DNA of 62,136 nt, counting the filler, from Platydemus manokwari (lineage: Eukaryota): assembly GCA_037951405.1 (NCBI GenBank). It is 5 parts of 5 records of this genome, joined end to end, with 100 filler letters (N's around TTAATTAATTAA, not from the genome) between each part and the next. Parts side by side here need not be neighbours in the genome. Positions count along the whole stretch, not along the records: positions 21,249 to 32,112 come from JBBMOY011099996.1; positions 32,213 to 42,835 come from JBBMOY011118663.1; 3 more parts are not named here. One strand, 5' to 3'. Of the stretch, positions 27,001-39,020 are shown piece after piece (positions within the stretch are counted from its first letter, which is position 1; each line of letters begins with the position of its first letter). The notes under the pieces are model-generated. The model worked only from the letters and a program-made list of their open reading frames with translations. It ran no database searches and was not told the DNA's origin. The translations under genes and the position numbers were made by a program.

Positions 27001-30000
27001 AGATTGAAAGTCATAAATGATCCAATACCAGACATAGACATTTAGTGAATTCCTCAATTTTCCCAATGGCACAATAAGCTACTACTAAAGCAACAATCAA
27101 AGCAACGGTTGGGACAAAGATGCTTAAGTCCATAATGTAAAAGATGATGCCAACATGATCACCATATATATGGAAATTAATTTTTAGTCGTTATGTATCT
27201 ACCTGCTGAACAATGTCGTTTAAGTATTGTTAGAAGCCATCATCATTTGCTCTAATACTTTTAGTTAGATCTGGGCAATGCAAATGGAGACAAGTATAAA
27301 ATCTGTACTCAAGCAAAATGTGCTATGGGAAAATAACAATATTTTGTATAATCAACAGTACTATATGTTTTAGTCACACCATTATAGAATGCATCTATCA
27401 GCTTAAAATAATTGTTATTGCACTCATGCGCTAGAGTGGTAACCACATTAGTTAATCATGTAGATTATACTTTATTTGATTGAAGTCTGATTCTTAAAAT
27501 TGTGAGGCAAGTATTATGCTCTTCCCAAACATCCTGAGAGACCACTGTTCAAAACTAAGACAAAAGACATTCCTTCAAAGTCAAATTTAATCGGCGAAAA
27601 TGGTCTCGAAAACTCTGTTAGTGGTGTCTAAAAGTGCAATATAACGCAAGAACAAACGACATATAAGACAGAATTCTTACTTTTCTTTAAAATGGAGTTT
27701 GTTTTAAAGGAAGCATTTCTTCTGGGCTATTTCGTCAACTATATACAGTTTTACACAGTTAAAGAGAGAGTCAAAGTACGGATCAATCAGAATAAATTAG
27801 ACTATCGGTATTATCGATTAACTAACTATGGGAAATATTTCCACTCCATCCCATTTTTCGACTTACCTAATCTTTATTCGAGATGATGACTTATTTTAGA
27901 AGTATACAATTTCCGTTTAATTATTTATATTTCTGTTAAGGTTCGTCTAACATGAGTATGTGTGGAAAATATTAATACGATATTTAAGTCTATAAATAGA
28001 AAAATAAATAAATGACAAAATATTCAGTTTATTAAGATTCTAAAATAAAATGTATTATTAAAAATGATAAATATAATATACCAAACTCGGAAATTTTATT
28101 AATGTTTATTTATATTAATTCCTGATATGAAAAACAAAATCGGCTAGGTGTGGAGTACCTAATAGATATGAGAAGATCGCCAAGATTAATCGTCCAATCA
28201 ACAAACTTTTTCAAAATAAATTACTTAAGATAATGTCAAATTGGTTTAGCGCGAAACAGACTTCATTATAAAAATCAAACCTTTACTTCAGAGGATTTAT
28301 GATCCTGAACAAGATCCGAATTGATCTTAGAATTCATAACAATGCTTTCTTCTAGTGTTAAATTTGGCTGAATGCTGACCATAGTCTAAGATATAATTTC
28401 TCAATTTTCATTTCACGTTGATTTTTTATCTTGAAATTTATTTTCCAAAGTCGTCTTATCTTAAAATTAGCTTACCCATAACTATCTGTAAAATTGTGCC
28501 GTTTATATATCATTTTATTTGGCCTGATAACTAATTATTGGAATTGTGGCCGTTTTGTTGCTAAATATAGTAATCACATTTTCGAAAAATACTGTTATTC
28601 CTATTTCAGTAATTCAAATATACTTAATAGTTTCTATTACTATTTCATTTTTTGAAATTATTTATGGATGGAAATTAATCACTGTAGCTATATGGTAATT
28701 TATTTTAATTAATTTATTTTATTTTTATATTAATTGATAAATATTTGAAGCTGGAGTGGTGGTGTGGTGATTCCCAATAGAAGAAAGGAAGATCAGCATC
28801 CCAGGGAGAAGGAAAAGATGGAGCTTCTGAAGTGGTAATTTGTGTTCTAATATCATGAATACTCTGAATGAAAAATAATATAATAAATAGCAGATGTTTA
28901 CTCATCGTTGTCTTAGATTAAGTTGAACATTTTTTTTACGAAATGACGACTTGTCTACCAAAATTAAGAATTTCAGAGATTTAAGTCATCTGGTTTCAGC
29001 AGGAAAATGCCTCCAACATAATATGATAAGTGGAATATTCAGAAGTTGAAAGGTTTGAATGGCTTGTACCTGATAATCAATAACTATAGGCACAATATAA
29101 TGAATCTTTCGGTTGAAAAATTGTCATTTTCTTTGAGGGTTGTCTCCGTTAGATAAATATTTTTGGGTAAATGCCACAAAACTGGTTAGAACAAGAAGAT
29201 TACGACAAATAACGTTAATTTCTATGTCTAAGATGACTTCATGGGTTATAGAGACAGCCACCCACAGTGGAATATCTAATAGATAGCTTCACGTGAAGAT
29301 CCGAAATATATGGAAACCAATGCTGACATTTTAATGAATCAGATAGAGTGCAATCATCCAAGTAAATAATTTCTAGAAGATTGTTATTAAACAATTTCTG
29401 GGCAGGTTATTCTAAGGTGAAAGTTAATCCGATTAAACGAACATGATAGATGAAGACGAGTTTAGTGATAAAATTTTAGACTTAATAGAGGATTAATAAG
29501 TGCTTGTTCAATTTATTCTGGTGAATGAGAATGATTATTGAATGAGGTAGAAAAACTCAATCCATAAGACAAATACAAAATATTGAATTGGTTTAGTGGT
29601 TTTGAGATTAACTAAAGAATCTAATTCAGTTAATCTCATCATGGATTGAAAATATTTCCAAAATATGATGACAATATAAATATTCTAATAAATAACCAGT
29701 TGGTAACAAATGTTTTAAAATATTCGGAAATAAATCACAGACGGAATTCTTTCAACCTATAAAATTTTCTAATAATGATATATTTAGATAATGATATATT
29801 AAATATTATTTAAACAAATATTCCATCTTTAATAATTTATATAAAAATATTTTAACACATTTTCATGTTTTTAAATTTGAGAGATTACAATAAATGTCTG
29901 AACAAGATACCTAAATTTTTATAATATATAATATTAAAAATTTTTTATAAATTATTAATTTTAATTTTTTTATTTAAAAAATTAATTTATTTTCAAATCA

Positions 30001-30065
30001 CTTAATGATTGTAAAATAATTCATTTTTAATTCTTTAATTTTAATTTCAAAATTATTTAATTTAG

Positions 30066-32080
30066 GTTTAAAGCCTCACAATAATAATAACAATAATCTT
30101 CAAATATAACACAAAAATCCCAAAAGTTATTAATTCCGAAGTCATCGTTCTTCGATGCATGAATCCTAGTTGCTGAAAAATGGTTCCAGACAACCAAGTA
30201 TTTCGCCTCATTTAATCTGATGGAACTATTCTTTGCATTTAACGTGCTGTTGAGAGATAATGCCAAACAACTGTGTTAAGAATTCAGCAGTTGCAAAGAA
30301 TCTATTTCAAATGGAAAGATTGAGAAATGGTTTTTAGTAACTTTCTTACATGCTAAGATAGTGTATAACAAGGTTCAGAATATAGCAGCAATACAGCAAA
30401 GACCAGATGAAAAGTACCGAAGTTATTTAGAAATTAGTGACGGAGCTGTTTGACAAGAAAATTACTCTTGAAGAAATTTCAAGACTATTTATTCTGCAAG
30501 GTCTAAATAGCAAGAAACTGAAAGAGTCTTTTACTCTCGATCCTGCCAATTCCCGACTATATGAGATGAGAATTGGCTACCAATTTGGAGAAGTTATCAC
30601 CGATGAAGCCGATAGACGTCATCAAAAAGACAAATGCCCAGTCGGTATTTGAAAATAACGAAAGAAAAATCTTTCAGAATGAGATTTCGTTCAAAAGGTC
30701 AAGTCCAATCGTGCAGGAAAAAGATTTTGCTATGAAGGAATATCATCGTGCACCATTTTATCACATGAAATCTCCAAACAATACGAGACAAACAAGATCA
30801 ATGAAGGCTAATGGTCCTAAATTTTACGACAATTGTAGAGAAAACCCACACCTGGTGTTGATTATTTAAAACTAGGATCTTGCTTTTGCTGTGGTGAGAG
30901 CCTCGGTTCAATTTGGTACTCTCAGATTTGGTCAAACACGAGATTTGAACAAAAGATGAACTTAGTGCGGAAAACACCAGAACGTAGCCATTAAATTTAG
31001 AAACCAAAATTCAAGAATTGATAGAAAACCTTCAAGAACTCTTAACAGTCGTGAAAAAGGTTATTGCGTCACGAGAAAGGGGTTTTTGAAATCCATGAGT
31101 TCACTATACATTTTAAGCATTATTTACTGGGACATAAATTTGTGACCCGCACTGATCACAAGACCTTGACATACATGAAGAAATCTCACAAACCGATTAG
31201 ACCTCAGTTTCAAACATGGTTTGCAAACTTGTCCGGATTTAATTTCAAAATTCAATATCGAAAGGGATCGGATCATGGAAATGCAGATGGACGCTTAAAG
31301 ATCAGCGAAGCATTTTGTTCACAGTGCTTTATTTAACACCAAAATCCTAAAGAAGACAAACCAGAAAAGGTCAGTTTATTCAATTACAAATAATGTCGAA
31401 CTAATCAAGATTTAACAAAAAAACACTATTGTTGATTTCATTCTAAAATGGTTACAGAAGATGGAAACAGAAATCAATTCAGTGGTCAAGAAAATCAAAT
31501 ATTTTAACAATTTAGAGAAATACAAATTGTTTGAAAATATAGTGGTGTATAATGAGAATGAAAAGAAACGGATTGTTGTGCCAGAGGTTCATTCACCGAA
31601 ACTAACTGGATACCTTCATGAGGAGTGAACGGTAATAAGAAATTCAAAACATTTACTTCTGGCCAATATCTCAGGAAGCATAGAAAACTTGACGGATTAA
31701 AGAGATTATGATTCCAAGGGATGAGTTTCGTTCTCTTGTACCAATCGTTGTTGATGTTGCGCACTTTACAGAATTTATGACTAAAATATCTATTGGTTAT
31801 AGTAGATAGATTTATTAAGTTAGTAAGCTTAGCGCCACTTATCTGACAATATGAGATCAGTATTTCCCAGTCTATCATCGATAGATGGATTTATTGGTAT
31901 GCAGCTCTAAAATCAATGCTCATTGATCAGAGTAGAGACTTCGAGAGAAGGGAAATAAAGGAATTAACGATACATTTTGAAATAAAGCAAGAATTTATTT
32001 CCCTATACCAACACCAGGCAAGTGGCTTAGTCTAAAGGATGATTAGGACGGCTCAAGACATGATGGTAACAAAGCTGGCA
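30066..32080 (+). mobile_element. Degenerate Ty3/Gypsy element (gag-like, RNase H and integrase remnants; RT apparently deleted)
   Basis: RNase H HFKHYLLGHKFVTRTDHKTL...IQYRKGSDHGNADG; integrase KYLLVIVDRFIKLVSL and SLYQHQASGLV*RMIRT, similar to the 19751-21075 element. Confidence 0.85.
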
Positions 32081-32112
32081 TAATAATATTATAATAATAA
32101 TAATAATAATAA

Positions 32113-32212
32113 NNNNNNNNNNNNNNNNNNNNNNNNNNNNNNNNNNNNNNNNNNNNTTAATTAATTAANNNNNNNNNNNNNNNNNNNNNNNNNNNNNNNN
32201 NNNNNNNNNNNN
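32113..32212. other. Artificial assembly spacer
   Basis: N44-TTAATTAATTAA-N44, preceded by (AAT)n. Confidence 0.95.
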
Positions 32213-32287
32213 GTACTTTCCACGGTATTCATTAATAATTATTCATTACAAATATAAAATTATATATTAAAATAATATAATGTTTAG

Positions 32288-35200
32288 ATCGATACAATGT
32301 GTGAGAGTATTGACAAACATATTTCTGAACATCCCAATGAAAGTTATAATTTTGAAAAATGCCTAACAGTTGCAGTTGCTGCTAACTTAACCAAGATAAT
32401 TTTCGGTGAAAGCTTTAACTCAAATGATTTAGATTTCTTAATAGATCAAATGAAAATTCTACAAAATGTTCCTCAATTGTTCTTCATCGTTAATTCATTT
32501 CCATATATTACAACATTGATGTGAGTTATTTTATATTAACGCTATCTATTTTATAATTATCAAGGCATCGATAAAGTTCTTGATATCTCCAATGTGTTAT
32601 TGATCATGTTATAAGCTGTAAAGATTTTTATTAGCAATATATTGATATTTCAATCAAAACATAATCCTGTTGTTCTAGTAGAAATTCCTCCAAATATAAT
32701 GATTTTACATTAACTGTGTCTTTATAAATATTAACCGTGACGATGATTTACAAAAATTGTGGAAATAATTTTGAAAAGCGACCAATAAATTATAAACAAA
32801 ACAACTGAGAGCTGATATAGGGAAGTAAAGATTTAATAAGAATAGCAAAACGTAAAACTTATTTTAAGAGAGATTAGAAAATATTGTTGAGAATGTCTTA
32901 CTTGGCAATTAAGGGTCGAATTAAATCGAATTATAATTGAGAAAAAACTAACAATGATCATCTGATAATGTCGTATTAACTGAACGAATTGACTTTGAAT
33001 TCTACAATTTCAACAGTTCATTAACCTTGTCAAGTCACTCATTGAACTTTACGCTCATCAAACGATTATACACTGTTAGAGATCTGCTGTCGGTGTCAGA
33101 TATATGGAATTTCACCTGAAATTATCAATTGATCAATGAAGATCGAAATAAACTATTGGGTTGCGTTTTCATATTTATAACGTTTCGACAATTCTGTAAT
33201 ATAAAAATATCATTTCAGTGTTTAAAGAAAGAAAAGATAAAGATGGATCATGAAAAAACACTTCGAGGCTTCTGGAAAAAGCATATATCCAAGGTTCATG
33301 ATAAAGATTTAATTTGTTAATCCCGAATATCCATTAATAAATTCATTCAAGTGGAACCAATATATTAAGAAAAAAGTGTACTTAATAAGTATTATCTTTA
33401 ACAAATAAAATGATTTTGATTATTTCGTTATTCTAAAATTATAAAATTAATGAATTTAACATAGAAACAGCGTACGTCAACGAATTTTCTCTTTTCAGTA
33501 GCTAGCATCATAAAGATGAGCTTTTATAATAACTAATGGAGTATCATTTGCATGCTAAGTGTAAGATGTAAAGATGTAGACCAGTGTCCTTACTTTATGG
33601 ACTCTGTATTTTATTTTATATGATCTAGCTTTATGGCACATGATTGAATTCGAAACCAATATATCAGTTTCGTGTGATATTCTAAGCTATGATTTTCAAA
33701 AATTTGACTAGCTTTTCAAGATATCTTTTGTTATTGATTTAATAATGTTGTATTATACTCACATATATACTAACACATGCACAGACAACATACATACTAA
33801 CACACGCACAGACACACACATATATACATGCACTTTACCTAAGTGTTGTAATATGCTCATTGGTAAACAGAACAGTCAGACAGTCTAGTAAAATCACAAA
33901 TTAAAGTACTCTGATAATTTAAGAAGCACACTAGCTAGAGTTTTCGTATAATACGGATGCAGTCACTAAGGCTGCTCTAAAATGCTTTATAAAATTATTT
34001 AAAATTAGTATCTTTACATTTAGTCACTTTACGATCTCATATACTTGATTCATTTGATATAAATATTTATTTATGATAAATATTTATGAGATTAGGAGTT
34101 CACGAGAAAGTCACATTTATCGACAATTTAGACCTCAAATAAAATTATTTTTCTTTATTTTTTATGGAAATCTATTTTTTAGAAAAATTAAAGCAATCAG
34201 AAGTTTAGTAGGTGTGGATAAATTCAAAAGTCTTCGAATTCCAATGCAAAATTTTATCAAGGAATATATCAATAGCCATAAATCATCATTCGATGCTAAC
34301 AACATTACTGATTTTGTCTACAACTACTTAGATGAGCAAACCAATCATTAAAAGACAAAGGAAGAATCTTATTGGTGGGATGGTGAGTTGTATAATCAAT
34401 TCAAAAGTAGATTTACAATAAAAAGAAAAATAATTTAATGCGATAATTTCATAAACTGATAATTCACAACAAAATAACTAATTATTCGTTAGTAGTTGTT
34501 TAAATTAATACAATATTCAGAGGATCAAATCAAACATGCTTGTTCCGATCTAATTGGAGCTGGATTGGGAACAATTATAAACTCAATTTCATGGATTTTA
34601 TTTAATTTGGCGGAAAATCCAGAATGGATGGAAAAAGTAATCAATGAAATAGATTCAGTTATTGGACGAGAAAAGAAACCATCGATGAGTTATCTCACAA
34701 GTCTTCCCATTTGTGAAGCTACGATTCTAGAGACTTTGAGGTAAATTAATGAAAACATTTTAAAGGTGATTCAACGCTATAATATGGGGAGAGAATTCTT
34801 TTTACGTTAAAACAGTTCAATAAATGAAGAATAATTGGACTTGGAATTATTATTTATTTTTATCATTATAATAATTATTATTGTTGTTGTTGTTTTTTTG
34901 CTCTTATAATTATTTCGATATTGTTGACAAGGATACTAATATTATTATTAAGATAATATATAATTATAATGACAAATGAACCATTCCAGATATTCCATTC
35001 TCACAGCAATGGGATTCCCTCGTATAGCTGGTGAAACCACTAAAATACTTGAATATACAATTCCGAAAAATGCTACTGTAATTTCCAACCTCTATTGCGT
35101 TTCTAGAAATAAAGATATTTTTGCCGATCCTGATCATTTCAATCCAGCAGCAAATTTTCTATCTAAAGATTTAAAAGTTGTAATCAACAAAGATAAGATT

Positions 35201-35788
35201 TTGCCTTTCGGAATCGGTAATTTGTATATTCAATATCTAATATGAATGAAACATTATTGGGATCTATTAATTGATTGATACCATTTTATTTTAAATTTTC
35301 ATCTCAAATCATTTCGAACGAGCGAAACTTTGAGACATTTACAGTATCGCCATAAGAGAGTTGCATTCTGTAAATAATTTAAATTTCAACTCATTTCAGT
35401 ATTTTATTTGTCTCTTTGTAACGCTAGAACTGTTTTTGAAATTATTTATTTCGCTTTCATAAAAATTCCTTCTTATATTCTCCTCATTTTATTGATCAAC
35501 ATTTCTTCATATCCCACAGCATATTCGTCAGTTCCACATTCAAAATATATTATTTTCAATGTACACTATCCATACTTTGCTATTCATAAATTGATTGGTT
35601 GAAATTATTTAGGTCGCAGGTCATGCATTGGAGAATCTTTAGCAAGAATGGAATTAATTTTGTTTTTCGTTGCTTTATTTCAAAGATATTCTGTATCATT
35701 GGATCCCAAAATTGGTACAGCAGCCATTGTCGATGGAGCGTTTAGAATTCCGGTTCATAAGATAATCAAATTCGAATCGAGAGTATAG
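32288..35788 (+). pseudogene. Cytochrome P450, CYP2-clan-like, 5'-truncated; exons 32288-32520, 34183-34382, 34521-34740, 34990-35216, 35613-35788; in-frame TAA at 34349-34351 (pseudogene, null allele or sequencing error)
   Basis: All introns are GT-AG and phase-consistent. I-helix DLIGAGLGT, K-helix ETLR, heme motif PFGIG|RRSCIG. P450 identity is near certain; pseudogene status is less so. Confidence 0.75.
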
Positions 35789-37087
35789 AAAACGATAAGT
35801 TTTACTCATAAACTCGATAAACATGATCGATTAGGCCTTAAATGGTTTTAATGGATTTATTTATGATTTTTGAAGTTTATTTTATATGCTTCACTAATTC
35901 ATCAATTAAATATCTTGATTTGTTTTTAATTTCATAAAGTTTTACAAACTCTAGATTAGAAATAAATGTAAACATTTTTCAACCATTTTATTAGTGAAAG
36001 GAATCTGATAAAAATATACAAGGCTGCAAAATATGAGTAATAATATGGTTTTATTCTATTTGAATAGAAGGACGACTACAACTTTTTTCTGTGAATAATG
36101 ATAAATAATAGGGAGGCATGAAAATATCTTCGAATTTTGTTTTTAATTTTTCAAAGTATTCTGAAGAATATTGAAAATTTAAACAACCTTTTTAAAATGT
36201 TAAATGTTTGTGATCTGTATTTTATTATCAAATTTTATCTACGCCATCATAAATAGCCAGTAAAAATAATTTCAAACAATGTTATCTATTAGGTATACCG
36301 ATTTAGATTTACAATAAAATAAAATACAAACTCGTTCGGTTCAATTTCAGATAATTACGCGATATACTTAACGATAACTTTAATCCAATTAGCATTCAGA
36401 TTATTAAGTATCATATTATTACCATAATTTATCTGATAGTCGATTACAAATTTTATAAGTAGAATATTTGAGACAAAATTAAGATTACGGAGTTGGAAGA
36501 TATAATAAATAAATAAAAATACTAATAATTATATAATCCAAATATTCAAATACAAACATATAGTCTAACTTTCTGGACTTGAAGTACAAAACAAAATTCA
36601 TATTCAATCTGCAATAAAAATAAATTATGGAATTAAACAACGATTTTTATTGAAAATTAATATTTTCGATAAATTAATGAAAATGCGAATTAATTATAAG
36701 AAAACTAGACGGATATCAGAACAACTCTCCAACTATAATATAAAGCTCTTAATTAAATATTTTAATTTACGGAAATAAACAATTTCTTATTTCGCTTTCA
36801 AATCATTGTGTCGAAATAAGAATGTTTTGCTAATCAATGTTATCACATAATAACGAATAAAAATAACTCATTACCCTCGGATTCCATTTTGAGAATATAA
36901 TTTATAAAATTGTCACCTTTTTGCTTTGCTCTGTGCTTTCCTTTTTTACTTTTTATGATGCTTTTAATAGCGCTTCAGTGAGAAGTGTAATGAAAAATAG
37001 TTATTATTATACTACTGATACCCTCGATTTTTAATTTATTTATTTATTATTTTTTTCCTTTTTCTATTTTATTTCCTTTTCATTATA

Positions 37088-37660
37088 CTGTGCGATTCAT
37101 AAGTCTCCGTCTCTAAAACTAAAATAACAATAAAACACAATATAATTTATACTCACATATTTATACTCATTGATATTAATTATTATTCATTAATTAATGC
37201 ACTTTATTTCTTATTTCTTATTAGTAGGGTGTGTCATTACAATATGGCGGAGGCAGCTGGTGATGTTAAATATTCCCTTGTGGATAGAGTATATATAATT
37301 AGCCATGCAATAGTGTACCAGAGTAGTGCCAAAGCTTGCCAATGATTTAAATAACATTTCGATCGTGCATTACCAGCTGGGAAAACAGTGCAATGCTGGA
37401 TACAGAAGTCTGAAGAAACTGAAAACTTATCCACCAGGTTGCGATCAGGAAGACCACATGATGAAATCATGAAGGAAAAGATGATACATTTTGTAAAAGG
37501 GAATTATGGTACAAATCAACGAGAAACTTTACGAGTGTGTATAATTTCACAAATTTGTGTTATTGTGTTTTGTTGTGCATAAAAATAACTCAATACATTT
37601 AGCTTGTTAATACTGCTGTTTTATTTTAGTTTTAGAGAAGGAGACTTATGAATTGTAGGG
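37088..37660 (+). mobile_element. Internally deleted Tc1/mariner-superfamily element (573 bp) with TIRs and N-terminal HTH remnant
   Basis: TA-flanked ~40 bp imperfect TIRs (..ATTCATAAGTCTCC.TCTCTAAAACTAAAATAA). The frame from ATG 37244 reads KYSLVDRVYII...*FK*HF...PAGKTVQCWIQKSEETENLSTRLRSGRP (DUF4817-type HTH plus GRP). No DDE domain. Confidence 0.85.
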
Positions 37661-38089
37661 TATTTTGATAAATCGCTCTCTCTCTTTCTTTGGTAACCAA
37701 ACCATCTCAGATTGACCACAATGTCTTCAACAACCATAAAATAAAAATTTAATAAAATAAAGAATCTTAATGATTTTAATCCAACTTAAATAAAAAATTT
37801 AAAATTTAAGAAATAAAAAATTATTTTATTAATAATTTCATTTGATTAACTGATTTCTATAAAATTCTTCACAATACTTTTGTGCTTTCAAATAATTTAA
37901 TAACTGAAAAATATTAATATGAAAATAATCAATAAAAAATGTGGGAAAACTTGGCAAAAAAATCTCACCAAAAAAACCGATATTGCACTTCGACATTGCA
38001 TTTTAAACGTTTACTTCTCTACACAACTAAGCAGGCACAGCCACTAAGCAATTTTTTAAATTGTAATATTTCATTTCCTATAAAATCTT

Positions 38090-38525
38090 AAAACTTATTT
38101 AGATTATTATAAAATTATTTCATTGTTTTACAGTATTTGGGTTAAGTTTGGATGCAGAATTTAAATTTAGTGGAATTAAATTAAAATTATTATTTTTGGA
38201 AGGAATAAGAGGTGGATTTACTGAAGGAACTGATGATAGAGTTTGTAATTTAAATGCAATTAATTTGCATTAAGATAACAATTCATTAAATATATAAAAC
38301 CCAAATATATGAAAAAAGAAAATAATTAAAAATATTGTGATGCAAATTTATAATATCCAGGTTGTATGCGTTTTCCTTTATCATATAAGATTATACAAAG
38401 GAATAAAAAATTAACATATGAAGACACAAAGTAATTTAAAGATGTATATGATAAAAATTGAAATATAAAGATAAATAATCAAATTGGAGATGATGCTGGC
38501 TTAGAATATCCTGAAAATATTCATT
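38090..38525 (+). mobile_element. Polinton/Maverick protein-primed DNA polymerase B remnant
   Basis: Ordered degenerate motifs FTVFGLSLDAEFKFSGIKLKL, FLEGIRGG, YCDANL*YPGCMRFPL and LEYPENIH correspond to pPolB GLSWDAMLK, GIRGG, YLDANNLY and DLEYP. Confidence 0.7.
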
Positions 38526-38639
38526 AAAAATCTTTTTTTCTTTAGCTCAAAATAAGAGAAAAATAAATTATCCTATTTAATCTCGCTTAATCATCAATTA
38601 TAGACGTCATAGAATTCAAAATCCAAATATTAATCTCAA

Positions 38640-39020
38640 TGTTCCAAACTATTACATATTTTTTTTCATTCCGTAATTGATAGCTTCTTTCATATTTCTC
38701 CCATATCACTTCATATGGCTTATCGTATCTTTCTTGATTTTTGTTCCTAATTTCAGTCTGTAGAATTACCGTGTCTCTTTCCTTAAATAAAAATTTTGTT
38801 ATTATTACTGTTCCTTTCTTTTGTTTTTATTCAATGTTTCTTTTGATTTCTTATATATTGTTCGGAACCTACTGTGATTTATCTACATAGCTTTGTTCAT
38901 TGATATGCGATTACTCATTCATTTCCCTGTGGTAACATTGTCTCTTCTGTTCCGAAACCTGAAGCTGTATCTAGAGTTAATTCCTTGCTGAAGTCGAGAA
39001 TGCTGTCTTTTTCATCTGGT
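38640..39020 (-). mobile_element. Degenerate Gypsy fragment (RNase H start fused to integrase C-terminus)
   Basis: ILDFSKELTLDTASGFG...QGNE*VIAY and FKERDTVIL...RYDKPYEVI. Confidence 0.6.

Noticed and set aside
27680-27890. Minus-strand mini-exon candidates with GTAAG donors (and an acceptor at ~24228)
   Set aside because: No recognisable protein can be assembled; such signals arise by chance in AT-rich DNA.
34349-34351. TAA reassignment (alternative nuclear code)
   Set aside because: Long frames in dynein and PTCD3 contain no in-frame TAA; a single case fits mutation or error.
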